NCBI GenBank assembly: GCA_003971905.1
Contig: RSEE01000028.1
Span: 310,001 to 374,000 of the forward strand
Reading direction: 5' to 3'
DNA from: Moniliella sp. 'wahieum'
Taxonomy: Eukaryota
DNA length: 64,000 nucleotides
Made by a program: the position numbers and the translations under genes. The notes beneath the pieces are model-generated. The model saw only the letters and a list, made by a program, of their open reading frames with translations, had not been told where the DNA came from and did not search any database. Numbering within the stretch: position 1 is the stretch's first letter; the number at the start of each line of letters is the position of its first letter. This document shows, piece after piece, positions 11,249 to 24,728 of this stretch.

Positions 11249-14200
11249 CTAAGGGCTCTGGTCCTTAGAAGAAGATACAGGCAGTGCGTCTCCTGCAACA
11301 ATGGCAATGGCAGGGTCGGTCGGAGGTGTGTTCAACACTGGATTAGACGCCGCATCGGCTGTCTTGCCCAGAACGGCAGCTTGGGGAGCAGATTGGGGAG
11401 CCGCTTGGGGAGCAGATTGGGGGACTGTGGTCCTCTTTCCCTCGTCCAATTCCACCACAGGGGGCACAGTCTCGACCTTGGCAAACGCAGGCGGCTCCAC
11501 CATCGTCTCCGTAGTGGTATCGGGGGAATTGTCGGTATCCTTGGTATCCTTGGCAATGACAGGATCAGCTGGGGGCATGCTGAGCGTGACATCCGGCTGG
11601 TTAGTAGTAGGGGCGGGGATGATCTTTGCATCCTTGGTCTCAGTCTGCGTCGTGGACCCTTCGGGTTGAGGCTGGGCACTGGCCATTGTAGTGGGGGGGA
11701 GGGTCTCAGCAGCGTTTACCATGGGAGGCAATGTCAACTGCTCGGCTTTAAGGGGCGTAGCAACAGAGTCGTCCGTAGCTTGCACGTCTTGGCCGATGGT
11801 CTTCTCGAGTTCAGCGGCTGTAAGGGTGGTGTCGGAGGTGGTCTTTTCCTCCAGTTCTAAGCTGGGAGGGCCACTCCGTCCTTTGGCTCGGGCACCGGCT
11901 TAAGTGTCTGCTCCAGAGGGGCATCGGGTCCCCCTGTAGTGGCGACCTCTGAGGCCTTGATACTTGCATCCGCCTGAGGATGAGCCACCTGTTGCGCGGT
12001 TGGTTCCGCAGGCTCGGTGCCTCCAAGAACAGTGGGGTCGGTCTTGGAAGCGGGCGCAGTTTCCCCGACGAGAACGGCTTCCTCGTCTGCCTTAGGCTCG
12101 TCAGGATGGTCTTAACGTGCTCCAGGGAGGTATCAGTCACGTCACCTGGGGCTTGGAAACCAAAGGCTCTTGGTTTGTTAAAGAGGAAGGTGCCCCGCGC
12201 ACTCCTCCTTGAGGGGAAGGGCAGTCTCAACCTCGTTAACTACCGTAGATTCTTGAGCCTTCTCAGTCACTGCAGGCCTGGGCAGTTCTTCAGCCCCACT
12301 AGCCTCACCCCTTTCCATCCCTCTGCCGGGTTGGGCGCAACGCAGGATCAGTTGCCCGGTAGGCAGCCCTTCCTGTCCCTCCTTCTCAGTCGTGGAGGGG
12401 AGGCCCACAGGCGTGGCAGCCTCCGGAGGAAGGGGATTGGCAACCTGAGACTCCGCTTCCGGTTCCACAATCACTGCAGCCCCGCCCCGGTCGTTGGGAC
12501 TGGTTCGGACGGCTTGGGTTCCTCAAGAATAGGTGCTGGCGCGACTTCACCCAATGGCTCGGCAGTTCCCTCGGCAGAGAGGATGGCAGTTTTGCCTGCG
12601 TGCCCTCCTCCAATGCACTCGCCTCAACAGGTGGCTGCGCATCCCCAACTTCTTTGGTGGAAATGTTGGCCGTCGTCTGTCAGGCTCCACTTCCGACGCG
12701 GGCTCAAGCGGGTTTGAAGCCTTGGAGACCTCCGGTTCATCAACAGACTTGGCAGCGAAACAGGCTCGGGTTGCGGGGCGAGCTTGGGCGACTCCATTAG
12801 CTCAACCTTCTGGGCAGGTTCAGGCTGCTGACCAGGTTCAGGCCGTTGAGCAAGTTCAGGCCGTTGAGCAGGTTCAGGTCGCTGCAAAACCTTTGCTTGC
12901 GGAACAAGATCAGTCTGCTCGACTTCCTTCACAGGTTCAGATGACTTATTGTGCTTGGGTGGCTCAACGGGCTCGGCGATTTGTTCGCGTTTAGCCTGCT
13001 CTGAAGGCGCGGAGCTCGGCAGTCCTTCAGTCTTCAGTTCCTTGGCGGAAGGAGGCACACCCGTACCCTTCGCTTCCGGATGGGACTCAGGGGTCCCTGC
13101 AAGCCCAGCGGACTGAAACCGGGAAGCGGCAGTGGCCACGCGGGACCCGGTGAAAGCAGGCGGCCGTGTATGCGGGGCTTGACTGGTCTCCAACTTGGCC
13201 AGATACGCATCACGAATTGCGGCAGGGGCACGAGCCAAAACAGATGGGAGAGCACGTGGCTTAGCTACGGGCTTGGTCTCGCTCTTGTCCGTAGGATGAT
13301 CCAGGGAAGCCTCGGGCTTTGGGACGGCATGTTCAACGCGCTGAACCTCATGCGTGACTTTTGGCGCGATTGTGGTCGCATCGGAGACTGAGCAGGTAGG
13401 GGTGCTTGAGGAGCGATCGTCTCCTCGGGCTCTTTAACTTGGGTGGGCTCAGTCGTTGCTTCCGCAGAGATAGGCTGAGAAGCAGGAGGTTCAGCCTCTG
13501 GTTTGGATGATTCCGATGCAACGCTCTCTTTGTAGGTATGGTCGCGCGCTCTGCACTTTGGGAGGCAATTTCCCGGAGTCAGATTCAGTCTCAATTGGGG
13601 CAGGCGCAGGGGCAGAAGACGGTGCGGCAGGATGCATCTCCGTCGCGGCTCCGGTGACTTTTTCGATCTTCTCCTCACTCGCTTGCTTCGACTCTGCAAT
13701 TGGCTTAGTAGGCGCAAGCTCTTTGGCGGGTTGCGATCCAACAAGCTGTGAGGGAGCCGAAGTGACCTGTACCTCAGCGCGGTTGGGATATCAAGGCCCT
13801 CCGGTTCCTCCAGAGTAGCATCCGTAGAGCCAGCTTGTTTCTCTCCGATCGGGTCCGGAACAATATAGGTTGATGTTTTCGGAACAGGAGCTGTAGCCTC
13901 AAGTGTTTCCTTCCTGGCGGGCTCTTCCGTGGTGGTGGGCCCTTCCTTTGTGGTGGGCTCCTCCTTGATGGTGGGCTCCTCCTTGATGGTGGGCTCTTCC
14001 GTGGTGGTGAGTTTGCTGGTGGTGGAATCCGCGGGGGTGGTTGCCGTGGTGGGCTCCACCGTCGTGGTAGGTTCCACCGCGGTGGTGGGTTCCACCGTAG
14101 TGATGGGCTCCGCCTTGATGGCATCTTTTGGGAGGGCTTCTCCTGGGACAGATCCTTCTGGGCCGGTTCCATCTTCATCTGTTCCTCATAAACATGTTCC

Positions 14201-15769
14201 TTCTCGAGAGGTTCGCCCTTGACCGGCTTCTTGTCAAGCAGCTCAAGGGGGGGCTTCTCACGGTTCCCACGGATACCTGCTTGGCAGGTTCCTCCTCCTT
14301 TGCCGACTCATTCAATTCAACCTCTTCCTTAGGGGCAACGGGAACGGTCACGACCGCATCGCTCGTTTCGGGGGAGCTGTGCTGAGAAGTACCCGCGAGG
14401 ACCGGACCAGAACTGGGGACCGGCTTCCGACCCGATGGGACACGCTGGAAGGAGGGGGGTGGATCAGGTTGCAACCGACGCGAAGAATGCTCATTGAGTA
14501 AGGATTGCAAGGGAACGGTAGGGACGTAAGTGCTCTCTCAAGAAGAGGCGTCTGGCTTGTCTCCTCCGGAACAAAGATAAAGTCGCCCATACTTCCCGAG
14601 AGGGAGACGTGCGGGATGCGAGTCAGCTCCGAAGCGAATTCCTCGTCCTTTTGAGGCGTTGGCTCAGGCGGCTGGCTTCCCTTGTCCTTACTTTCTTGGT
14701 AGAAGTGTGGGAACTGGTCTTGCGGTGATGAAGCCACGGCACGGGGATCGATGACACCCGTCCGCTCCCGATACAGGAGGAGGGCTACTCTGGAAGCTTG
14801 CCCGCTTTGATTTGAGATTGTCCTTGGCTTTATCATTGGCATTGGCCTTGCCATCACTGTGCGTATCAAACCCAAAATCCAGTGCAAGCTTGGAATCATC
14901 CTTGTCAAAGTTGAACAACTTGCTCAATGACTCGTCACTCGGCGTCTGGCTTCTGTGGTGTCCGGGCCTGAAAGACCGGGGGCGGCCACAGATGAGCTGG
15001 CCTGACCCGATGGCACTGCGGGGACGCAGGTTGAGAAAAAGTTGGGTGCCAATGACGGCGCCTACGGTCAAAGTCAGAGGGATCATTCGTACGGGGGAGG
15101 AGAACATACTGTTTTAAAAACGATTGGAGCTCAGATTGTTTCAGGGCCGTCTCAGTACGGATCGTATCCAGAGCTGGCTCGTGGAGGTTGAGGTCCGGCA
15201 CAGCTCGCTGGGAGAAGAGGCTGGCAACAGTTGGAGTGTCTGGAACAGGGTGGGGTCTTCATCCTTCCCAGTGTCTTCTAAATCAAGTGAGGTAGAATGC
15301 CCTTTGGATGTGCTGTCACCAATGTCAAGCGAAGGGAGCTTAGGCGGTGCTTCCGACACAATGTGTGGGGAGGATTCCGCAGCATCGGGCTCCTCTTGGA
15401 CAGCAGAGCCGATAGCTGACTCGAGGTCTTTGGTGGCATCTTGAGCGGGCGGCTCTTGCTGAGCGGCGGCTTTGTTCGCACGGCGGGTGGAAAAGAGACG
15501 CTGGAAGCCGGCTGTGGCGGGCAAACTGTGACGCTTACGCTTGGAGTCCTGTGTCTGAGCACTGACGACGTGTGGGGTGGTTGACAGAGGGGGGGGCCGG
15601 TCTTGCGGGCACTGGGCGGGCTGATCGAGGTGGAGCGGCGCAAGGCATCGAGCGGGTTGGTGTGTGGTGTGGGCGCAGTCGGCGGCTCGTGCTCCGCAGG
15701 CGCTGGTGAAGAGGCTGCCGAGGCGGGCGGAGCGTGGGAGCGGCCCCAGAGGCGGCTGAACACACCCAT
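11249..15769 (-). CDS. Very large, low-complexity Pro/Glu/Thr/Ala-rich protein with internal peptide repeats (function unknown)
   Basis: Starts MGVFSRLWGRSHAPP at 15769. A chain of same-strand ORFs of matching composition runs to 11249. Repeats: EPTT/KEEPTI (about 13920-14110), QRPEPA (about 12810-12885), APQS/APQA (about 11380-11425). Confidence 0.65.
13920..14110 (-). repeat. Coding 18-bp minisatellite (xEPTTx/KEEPTI units)
   Basis: Repeated ggtgggctcctccttgat / ggtgggttccaccg units on the + strand. Confidence 0.8.
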
Positions 15770-16403
15770 AACACGCGGCTTGGAGTCGGCACACAAGGTC
15801 AAGCCCCGGGGGTGTGCTCGGGGGTCATCCAGGGGGGCGACGGGCGGACGGGCGGGAGGGCGGTGGTGGCGCGTCGCAGTGGGAGCTGCCCATCGGCCCG
15901 CCCAGCGCGGCTGCCAACTAAAACCACCCCTCGAGCTGGGATGAGGTGTTTGTGCTGCTCCGCCACCATTATACGCCACCCCTCCACCCCCGCACGGCGG
16001 CAGTGTGCTTGCCCGCCAGGCGCTGCCGTGTGTGGCGCGCGCGCACCCTGGACACTGGCGCAGTGCGGGGCATGTCTGCTACCTTGTGCCGGTGGCGGGT
16101 GCTGGGTGCTGCTGGGCCTGCCTCTTCCTGCCTCTGGCCAGCGGCGGCAGCCTGCGCCCGCATTGTTTCCCATCGCCCTTGCCCACCACCACCGACCCGT
16201 CCGGTCGCGCCTGCCTGCCGTCCTCGTCTGCATCGATGCGCTTGCGGCCTCTGGCCCTAGCGGAGGGGGCATATCGACCACATTCCATCAAGCAAACAAA
16301 CCCAAAGAAAGGGGGCAGCAAAAACGGCATCCTCTGGCAGCACCTGAGCAAGTAATGTAGTGTAGTATAGCATAGGTCGGATGTCTCTTGTGTCCGTTGC
16401 TAT

Positions 16404-18300
16404 TCATGGCACATGGCGCTCGTTGAGCAGTAGAGCGTCTCGATCAAGCCCTTTTGTACTCTCTATGGAGTACAGTGTGCATCCGACCAAACGAGTTCTG
16501 GGATGCTGCGCCAAAGGAGTCGAGCGGTGGTGATCATGGCACAAGACCACCTGCCAAAAGCGATGGGCGAAGCATGAATAATGCCCACCCACGATGGGGC
16601 AGTGGATACAGATTCTCGCCTCGGGATGGTCGAGGTCAAATTTTTGGTATTGAGCAGAGGCAGGGCTCAAGTCATCCTCCACCTCGTCCTCATCCTCTTC
16701 GTCTTCCTCTTGTTCGAGTTGCTGGATGATCTCAACGGGAGACGAGATCAAAAGACAATCAGCCAAATGCGTCTCTTGGATTCAATGGGATAGAGCCTTT
16801 TCGCTTCTCATATCCTCTCGCGCATATCAACCCAAACACTTTTCAACGACCGGTCTCGTCTCCGAAGAGGCTAAGCAGAACCCGCGTCAAGCCGGATATG
16901 GACGATTATCTCTTGTCAAGATAGGGTCTTGCGCATCTGATCTAGCATCGCATCGGATGTCCCATCTTCGTCGACCAGTGCAACTTGCTCTACCGAATCC
17001 AGCATATCTTCGAAGCACTTCTGGATGCAGGATGCGGAACGTTAATGCCGTCGTGTGGTCCAACATAATGCCGTTCTCAAAGTGGAAAGGCAAATTGTCC
17101 GAGCGCCAGAACTTCCACGCTGTTTTGGCCAACATGGTTGTCGCAAGGGTGAGCTGAACCCAGACCGTATCGATCCGAATTACCTCCTGGCCGAGAAGTG
17201 GCACACATGCTCCGTTAGTCCAGGGCTGCACCTCAAACACAACTAGCAACGCCTGTTCGGCACGGCCGTCGCTCTCTTCGATAGCAGGCAAGTCAAAGTG
17301 ATCCAAACATTGGACCAGGTCGGCATTGCCTTGCGAGAGTCAAGAAGTCAAGAGGTGCTTGGTGCCGATCTGAACGGGCAGCTCGCAACCCTTGAGGATT
17401 TCCAAGCATAATTTTGTGCGTTATACTCACCTCCAGCACCAGTGGTGTTTGGGAGGGGGCCGGAACGACATGTCCCGCCATGTGTTCCGGAGGGAGACCC
17501 AAGAGTGCGGAGAGCCATTGCCCCAAGTGAGAGTATCGACACCGATATATACCCTCAAAAATGGGAGATTCTGCTGAGTCTTGGCTGGGTTAATAACAAT
17601 GTAACGCTGGGGGGCGCACATCGCTGGAAGGTAACAGAGTTACTCAACAAAAGGAGTGACTTCGAGGGAGTGACTGACGTACGGGATGGCATCATGGCGG
17701 AGGAACCATAAAAGGGCAAAACGAATCTCGTCTGCCTCCTCGTCCATACCAGCCCCTTTGGTAGGACCTGGAGGCTTCCAGAGTAATGGCGGTATGGACG
17801 CGAACGGAAGCCTCTTTGTCGAAGGTCCCGCTCCTTCAGAAGCGATTTGAGCAGATCAAGCATACGTCACCGTCGATTGAACCCACTCCATGGACGAGGA
17901 GGGCAACGATCTCACCGCAAGTAAAGCAAATTCTTGTCCTTGGCCTCAAATCCCGTATAAGATGTTTGAGAGCTTCTCCAAAAGCGTTCGGCGGGGTGTT
18001 CATCATCATGTGGTCCCCCATCCACGGGGCGAAAGGCGTCCTCTGGACATAAGCCGTATAGAATGCCGCAAATTGGATGCAACACTCTGCAGTCGCCTCG
18101 CGGGCTTATTACCAAGCATGCGCTTCAGACGTTCCGAAAGGCTTCAACAAAAGCCTTTCCCCCTCACCAAGCCGGAGCGCTTCCCTACATTTTGGGAGCT
18201 GGGTGTGCGCTGATGGTGGATGGCACAGAGGGCGGCATGGGCTTCTGGTGGGCGGCACCGGAATGGGGTACTTGGGCAATACGGCGGATACTGCACAAGG
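16404..18300 (-). pseudogene. Fragmented gene-like sequence of unknown family (CFTC..CLIC Cys motif, acidic C-terminal tract)
   Basis: Colinear protein-like minus ORFs 17836-18021, 17555-17863, 16887-17306 and 16404-16766 (EQEEDEEDEDEVEDD), interrupted by stops. Confidence 0.3.
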
Positions 18301-19106
18301 TAAAGAGTGGAGTACGTCGGAATCAGATTGGTGGAACCTTGTCCGCTCAGGCTGTACGAGTGAAAGTAACGGCATGGGGCAGATGGTAGAGGCAACACAA
18401 CGTTGGCACCTCCTCATGCAATCCCGCGTAGCGTCACATGACATCAGAGGATTTCTTTGTGGTTGGGTTTGTTTCAAAAAAAGCGAAGTACCAAGTGAGA
18501 AATTAGGGCTCGCCATGCTGTACGTCAGTAATCATTACCCTTTTCGGGGATCAAATTAAAGCTACAGGTCATATGCTGGTTCGGATATGAGGTGCATGAG
18601 GCTGGAAGGGAACTCCTCGGCCCGGACATCTGCTCTGTGCAGGACGAGAGCATCAGGGCGCTGTGCCTAACGCGTGTACATATCATGGGGACCCAACTCC
18701 GATCGGAACGCAATTGCGTCCCTCCTATCGCCGCTGCGGCGAGTAGTATCCTCGTTCAAAGAAAAGTCCACGGCTGACTTGGCTTCTGTGGACATCAGGC
18801 GTCAAAAGCTTCAAGCCTCAATGAGCGTGTCGGGAACCGATCGAGGCAAGGCCGAAGCCCCGCGGGGCTGGAGGTGGGGGCCTACTTACCCCACAATACT
18901 ATACCCGCTAATGCGTACACTGTTCCTTCGATAAGTGCGTCGAGTACGTCACTACTTCTTATTCCTGCCCGGTATATAATAGGGAGATGCCAAACGCAGA
19001 TTGTCTCGCTTGCTCGCATCTTATCCCCCTCTCGCTTCACTTCCATCATCATCGCACCCCTTCGTCCCGGGGCCTCACCCAGTCACCACAACACCGAGTT
19101 GCCAAA

Positions 19107-20778
19107 TGGCCGGCACGTCTGAAGATTTAGACAACTTGAGCCCCACGAGTCTCTCAGCCGCCTCACCCACCAAGCTCACCCGCCATCATTCAGGTGCATC
19201 TCTCTTCGTTCCTGACCATGCCATCGGGGGAAAAGATGGGGCGGGTGCACCCATGACAGCCGAACAGCTTGCCAAGGAGCTCAATCAGGAGCAAGATGAT
19301 ATGGCCAGCTCCATGTCAAGCCTGCACGAGGTCGCCTTTATCTTGTTTATCCTCATGTCCCAGCTCACTACCAGGCTGGGCTCACCATGTCCCTTTTCCC
19401 GCTTCACTCCATCTCGAGCAGCTTTGGATTAACCAACCCGGGGGTGCAGAGCTGGTTAATCGCCGGCTACTCCTTACGTCTGGTACCTTTATCCTTATCT
19501 TTGGCCGCTGGGGAGACTTGTTTGGGTACGCATCATGATCATGAGTGGGTATGCATGGTTTGCCTTATGGAGTTTGGTCGCCGGGGTCGCGGTTTACTCC
19601 AACTATATTCTCTATGTCTTTGCCCGAGTCCTGGCCGGGTTCGGTCCAGCCATGTTGCTCCCGAATGGAGTGGCAATTGTAGGCGCCACCTACGGCGCAC
19701 CTCAGCACCTCAAAGCTGCGCTGTTCTTATCCCTGTTTGGGGCGGTCGCACCCATGGGCGGCTGCCTAGGCGGAATCTTTTCCAGCGTCATCTCCCAGTT
19801 GGCGTGGTGGCCTTGGGCGTTTTATGTCATGGCCATGTTTCTCACCGGTCTCCTACTACTTTCGCCTTGGTCATCCCATCGATCCATTCTCCATCAGAGA
19901 CGATGAGCTGGCTCTCCATCCTTAAAGCGCTCGACATTCCCGGCTCCGTGTTGGGTGTGACAGGCATGGTGCTGGTCAATTTTGGGTTTAATCAGGCGCC
20001 CGTGGTGGGATGGCAGATGGCCTACGTTTAGTGTGCTCATCATTGGCATCTTTTTCTTGCCGCGTTTGCCGTCTGGGAAATGCGGTGGGCAAGTCATCCA
20101 TTGATCCCGTTCCATGCACTCAATGTCGACACGGGCTTTGTGTTGGGCTGCATTGCGGCTGGCTGGTCGGCGTTTGGGGTGTGGATTTACTACCTGGTCC
20201 AGTTCTTCCAAACCATGCGAGGCGTCTCCATGATCATGAGTGGTATTATGTTCCTCCTGCTCCCCTTGGCGGGTTGATCGCTGCCATTCTCACACCTGTG
20301 GGGCTCCATTATTTAGGTCCCCATCGAGTTATGCTCATCTCCATGAGTGCCTTCAGCCTCGGAACGCTTCTTCTTACCATTGCTGGAACCCATCAATCCT
20401 ACTGGGGGCTTACCTTTGTCTCGATACTCATCCAACCTCTCGGAATGGACTGCTCCTTCCTGCTGCGACGATTATCATGTCCCAAGCGGTGCCGAGGGAG
20501 CACCAAGGTGTGGCAGCGAGTCTCGTGACTACTGTGGTAAACTACTCATCTCCATTGCCCTTGGTCTAGCCGGCACGGTGGAATCCCACGTCAACCATGG
20601 AGGACTAACCAAGGCGGATCGTTTGCTGGGCATTCGAGGAGCCTGTTACTTTGGCCTGGGCATGGCTGTGCTGGGACTCGTCCTATCAATGGTGTTCAAC
20701 GGGGTCAAGTACCACCACAGCCACAAAAACAAAGAGAAGGATGATAGCGCCGCATTATCCGACCCGAAGCCGGCCTGA
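19107..20778 (+). CDS. MFS drug:H+ antiporter (DHA2, Atr1/aminotriazole-resistance-like)
   Basis: HEVAFILFILMSQL, SWLIAGYSL, GTFILIFGRWGDLFG, FARVLAGFGPAMLLPNG, FGAVAPMGG, DIPGSVLG, GMDCSFPAATIIMS, HQGVAASLVTTVVNYS; many hydrophobic segments. Confidence 0.9.
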
Positions 20779-21555
20779 CCGCCTGTTGACCCTTTACTGC
20801 ATTAATACTGCATTTCTCCCTCTTAGTATAGGGGGAAAGACGACCCACCGCATCACTACTACAGTATATCATCGTTATACTGCGACTGTTACAGATCCTA
20901 CTGTCTTCCTGTTCGATGCGCGCGAAACATGCTAATCACCTGTAAGGTAAATGAATCTCATCTCTTCACTCCATCCATCATCTACAATCATCTCCCCATC
21001 GTTTTTGCACCACCATCTGCGCCCATAGTTACATCTCAATCTCGTGAACAGCCGAAGGCTCTCAATTTGCTCAGCAGAAAGAGGATAGATGATCAGTCTG
21101 GCATTACCAGCCTATGCCACCAGTGCCATCCACGTGTTCCCTCCATCTCCATCACACATCACCATCCTGAAGATGCGTGTCAAAACCCCCACATGTCCGG
21201 AATACTGTTGTTTTCTTGGGCACCATGAACTACGGGCATACTCATGTGTGACTACTATCTATAAGCGTTTCTTCTCCATTGTGCCTCCCTGTTTCTAAAC
21301 CTAGTGGTGGTGGAAGCACCCCGTGCTTTTTCCACGTATCGGCCTTATCGGAATGAATATATGCGCTAATACTCCGGTGGCCTGTGTGGCATATAGCCCC
21401 ACGAGGAAGGGTTATCCTCGGATGATATTCATAGTGCCCGCAAGGGCTTCCCAGCCTTCGCAGGCTTTTTTCGCCTGCTTAATTCGTCTGCTTGGCACGC
21501 GCATCGAATGGATGCCGGTTAGCGACTGGACCCAACATCGTGTGGTGCCACACGA

Positions 21556-21708
21556 TGTAGTGGCGCCTGTAGCTAAAGCCCGGAACCTTCGGGTTCATCC
21601 TTCCAATATTCCATCTGGAGGGCAGGAATATTTCTCTAGCCTCTCTGATCTGTAGCTCATGTGCAATGTAATACACCATCAACTGCCTGCTCTCTGGTCT
21701 TCAATACA
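21556..21708. mobile_element. Short TGTA...TACA dispersed repeat (solo-LTR/TRIM-like), copy 1
   Basis: Core ttccaatattc..gagggcaggaatat..ctctag..tctgtagctcatgtgcaa is shared with 34665-34722. Confidence 0.55.
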
Positions 21709-21884
21709 TCATGCATCATCGTGCACGTGGGCGTGGTTGGGCGTGCCCAACGGTGTCACTCCCATGGGAGCCACTGAAATGGAGGGGGCACGTGTTCCTA
21801 GCAGTGTTCTTTGCCCGTGCTGAGACGCCGAGGTCTGGACCGTGCTATACGTATTATGTTTACCTGGATTTCCTCTGGGGTGGT

Positions 21885-22290
21885 AAACGTCAAACGTTAA
21901 ACCGACGGCAATCTCAATAGTCAAGCTAGTCAACGTTCAACACGTTCAACGTTAATCCATAATCTCGGACACTGGCGTCCCCTGCATAGCCTGTCGGTTG
22001 GCGAGAGTCCACCCTTCAGCTCGTTCTACCTCCGCGGTGCGACTATGGCTGCCAATACAGACGCACACGTACACTTATACACCTCGTACCATTCGTGCAT
22101 AGCGGCACAAGTGCCGCCTGGAGGCGCTGATCAAGCTGAGCCGCGCTGATTAATGATTAGCGCTTAGCGTGTAACGTTTAACACGGTATAATGTGTCGAA
22201 ATCATCACCAAGATGAGAGAGCATGAGTGCCATCATGATATGCGTATGAGATACGTGACCCGCGTGAGCGCTCCGTGACAGAGTCAGCAC
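21885..22290. repeat. Cluster of TNA-centred palindromic heptamers upstream of the URC1-like gene
   Basis: caacgttcaacacgttcaacgtt; gctgagc; ttagcgcttagcg; taacgtttaac; cgtgagcgctc. Confidence 0.7.
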
Positions 22291-22997
22291 AGCTCTTCGG
22301 ACATCAACATAAAGGGGACGTGAATTGCGATCTGTTTTTTTGTGAGGAGGGTGCTTCAGCTGCGGGCGATGCTTGAGAGGTTGAAGGCGGATGCTCGATG
22401 TTGGTTGAACGTGGATGGGGATGCTGAGAGGGTGTCATCTTTGTGTGTTGTTGAGAGCAGCGCTGACGCAGCCTTTTCTCACGGCACAAGGGCGCAGCCG
22501 GGTGGCCTGGGTAGGTGAGCGCGCAGCTGAGCCCTGTTGTCCCAGCCCCGTTCCCAACGGGCAATGGCGGCGATGCATGATGTCTGTCTGGTGCATGATG
22601 CTGATAGCGCACGCAGCCTCTCGTGGGCGCCACACCTCGATGTGCGTCCCGCTCGCCAACATGCACAACACCAGCCTACCCACGGGATGCAGGCAGGCGC
22701 CGTGCCTGCCCACGCCGAGCAGGCACGGCACGAGTGTGGCGTTATCTACCCGGCCATCCCCATCGCATATCGGGCAGGATGGCAGCGCACCAGGCCAGTG
22801 TCGTGTGCTGCGTGTGGCAGTCCGGAGTAGGACGCCGGATGGGCAGGAGCCCACTATTTAAACCCGTCGCTGGGGCCGCTGCCTCAGCTGCTGTATCCCC
22901 TTCCCTTCGTGCCTCGCCGCCCCCCCCCGACCAGTTCCTCTCTCCTCCCCCCGCCCGCGCTCCCCCAACTCACATGCTCTCCGCCCCAGCTGGCAAG

Positions 22998-24728
22998 ATG
23001 ACCGAGCAGCCTACAAGCGAGGCGGCTCTCTGCCACTGATCTACAATGAACTCCAGGAGCTCAAGCGCAAGAACGCTCAGCTGGAGGCCAAGCTCGACTC
23101 GCTCTCTGTGTCCAACGACACAATCTTCCCAGTGCCCTCCCCGTCGGCAGTCCCTCGTCTTCCCTCCGCCGTCAGTCGGCAGGTGGACTGACTCCGATTG
23201 ATCTGTCCAAGCCCATCAAGGTGCCTGGGGGTGCACGGGTGCGCTTTCCTCTTCCGTTTCCGCCACTCGTCGTCGCCCGTCACCTCAAAGATCGTTCCCA
23301 AAGATGGCACGGGCTTGCACGTCAGCCAGAAGACCCTTGACCGCATTCAGGAAGTGGAAGACTTTTACGCCAACAACCGTGTCATTCTCACCACCTACCC
23401 CAACCAGGTACGTGCCAATCCTTTGCTCCATGTGCCGTAATGCCCTGATTCTTCTAACGAATACCGTCTTTCTACTTTGCGCCATTCACAGATGGGAATT
23501 GATCCCTACCCGCTGAACTTTGGACATCCAGACCCAAGGTACGTGGCCCGATTGTTGCCAGCCGGCACCCCAAGTGCATCAAGCGGCGCAACGCGATCGG
23601 TGCTTACTCGGGCTCGTACATGGTCTACAAGGCCCTCGCCGTCGCAACAGGCCAATTGGCTGTGAACCACATGCCTGACTTTACCAACACCGAGCCGGCC
23701 TTTGACATCCTCCCCAGCCTGCGGGGCGATCCTTACAAGATCTGCACTCTGGACCCCTATGGTCACATCCCCCAGGTGTTGTTCAAGGAACAGATCAAGG
23801 CCGGGTTGGACGTGCGCCCCACGATGGCGGCGACCAAGGCGTTCATCAAGATGCGAGAACTGGACGATGCAGTTCAATTGGGACGCTTGGCTGTCGACGG
23901 TGAATTTGTCATCAAGTCGGAACGCTTACCTGGGATGGATCCGAGTCAAGACCCGGGGGTCGAGGTGGCCTCATCCAAGGTCGCGGTTGAGCCCGTCTGG
24001 TTCCTTCCTGGTGTGGCCCAACGCCTGGGCATCTCGGAAGGCCTTCTCGTCGGGCATTGTTTGAAGAGACGGGAGGGATGTACCCGAGATCATGACCCGC
24101 AACGACTTCAAGTCTTCCTTCCTCCTATCACTGGCGCCACCATTTACATCTTGGTAACCCGGACTATCTTTCCGACCCGACCAAGGAGCTGACGCCCGTG
24201 TGCATGACGAATGCAACTCTTCGGACGTCCATGGTTCATCCATTTGCACCTGCCGCCCCTACATGATCTACGGAATTGAAGAAGCAATTCGCTGCGCTCA
24301 CGAGGAGGGGTGGGGCTTCTTGTCTACTGCGCAAAGAGGGTCGTGCACTGGGTGAGACCATCAAGTTTATTGGTGTACAATGCTCGCAAGCGTGGCAAGG
24401 ACACCGCCGATGCCTACTTTATGCGTACGGAGCGGGTGCTGGACTGGAAGACTCGCGCTTCCACCGCTCATGTCGGACATTCTCGTCTGGCTTGGCATCC
24501 AAAAGATTGACAATATGATTTCCATGTCGGACATGAAGGCTGCCGCGATTCGCGCGGCTGGGATTGAGATTATCAACCGCTACGAGATTCCGGACAACCT
24601 TTTGCCTCCCGACGCCCAGGTAGAGATCTCGGCCAAGATTCATTGCCGGATACTACTCTTCCAAGAAGGTGAGCGATAAGGACCTGAGCCAGGTCGTTGG
24701 CCAGAACTGGGAGGACCTACACCAGTAA
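22998..24728 (+). CDS. urg1: URG1/URC1-type protein (GTP_CH_N domain plus GTP cyclohydrolase II domain), uracil catabolism family
   Basis: RVILTTYPNQ, intron 23408-23490, then GIDPYPLNFG..RGPIVASRH..RRNAIGAYSGSY..PDFTNTEP..LDVRPTMA..VEPVWFLPGVAQRLG..RVHDECNSSDVHGSSICTCRPY..RKEGRALGE..LVYNARKR..WLGIQKIDNMISMSDMK. Confidence 0.9.
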
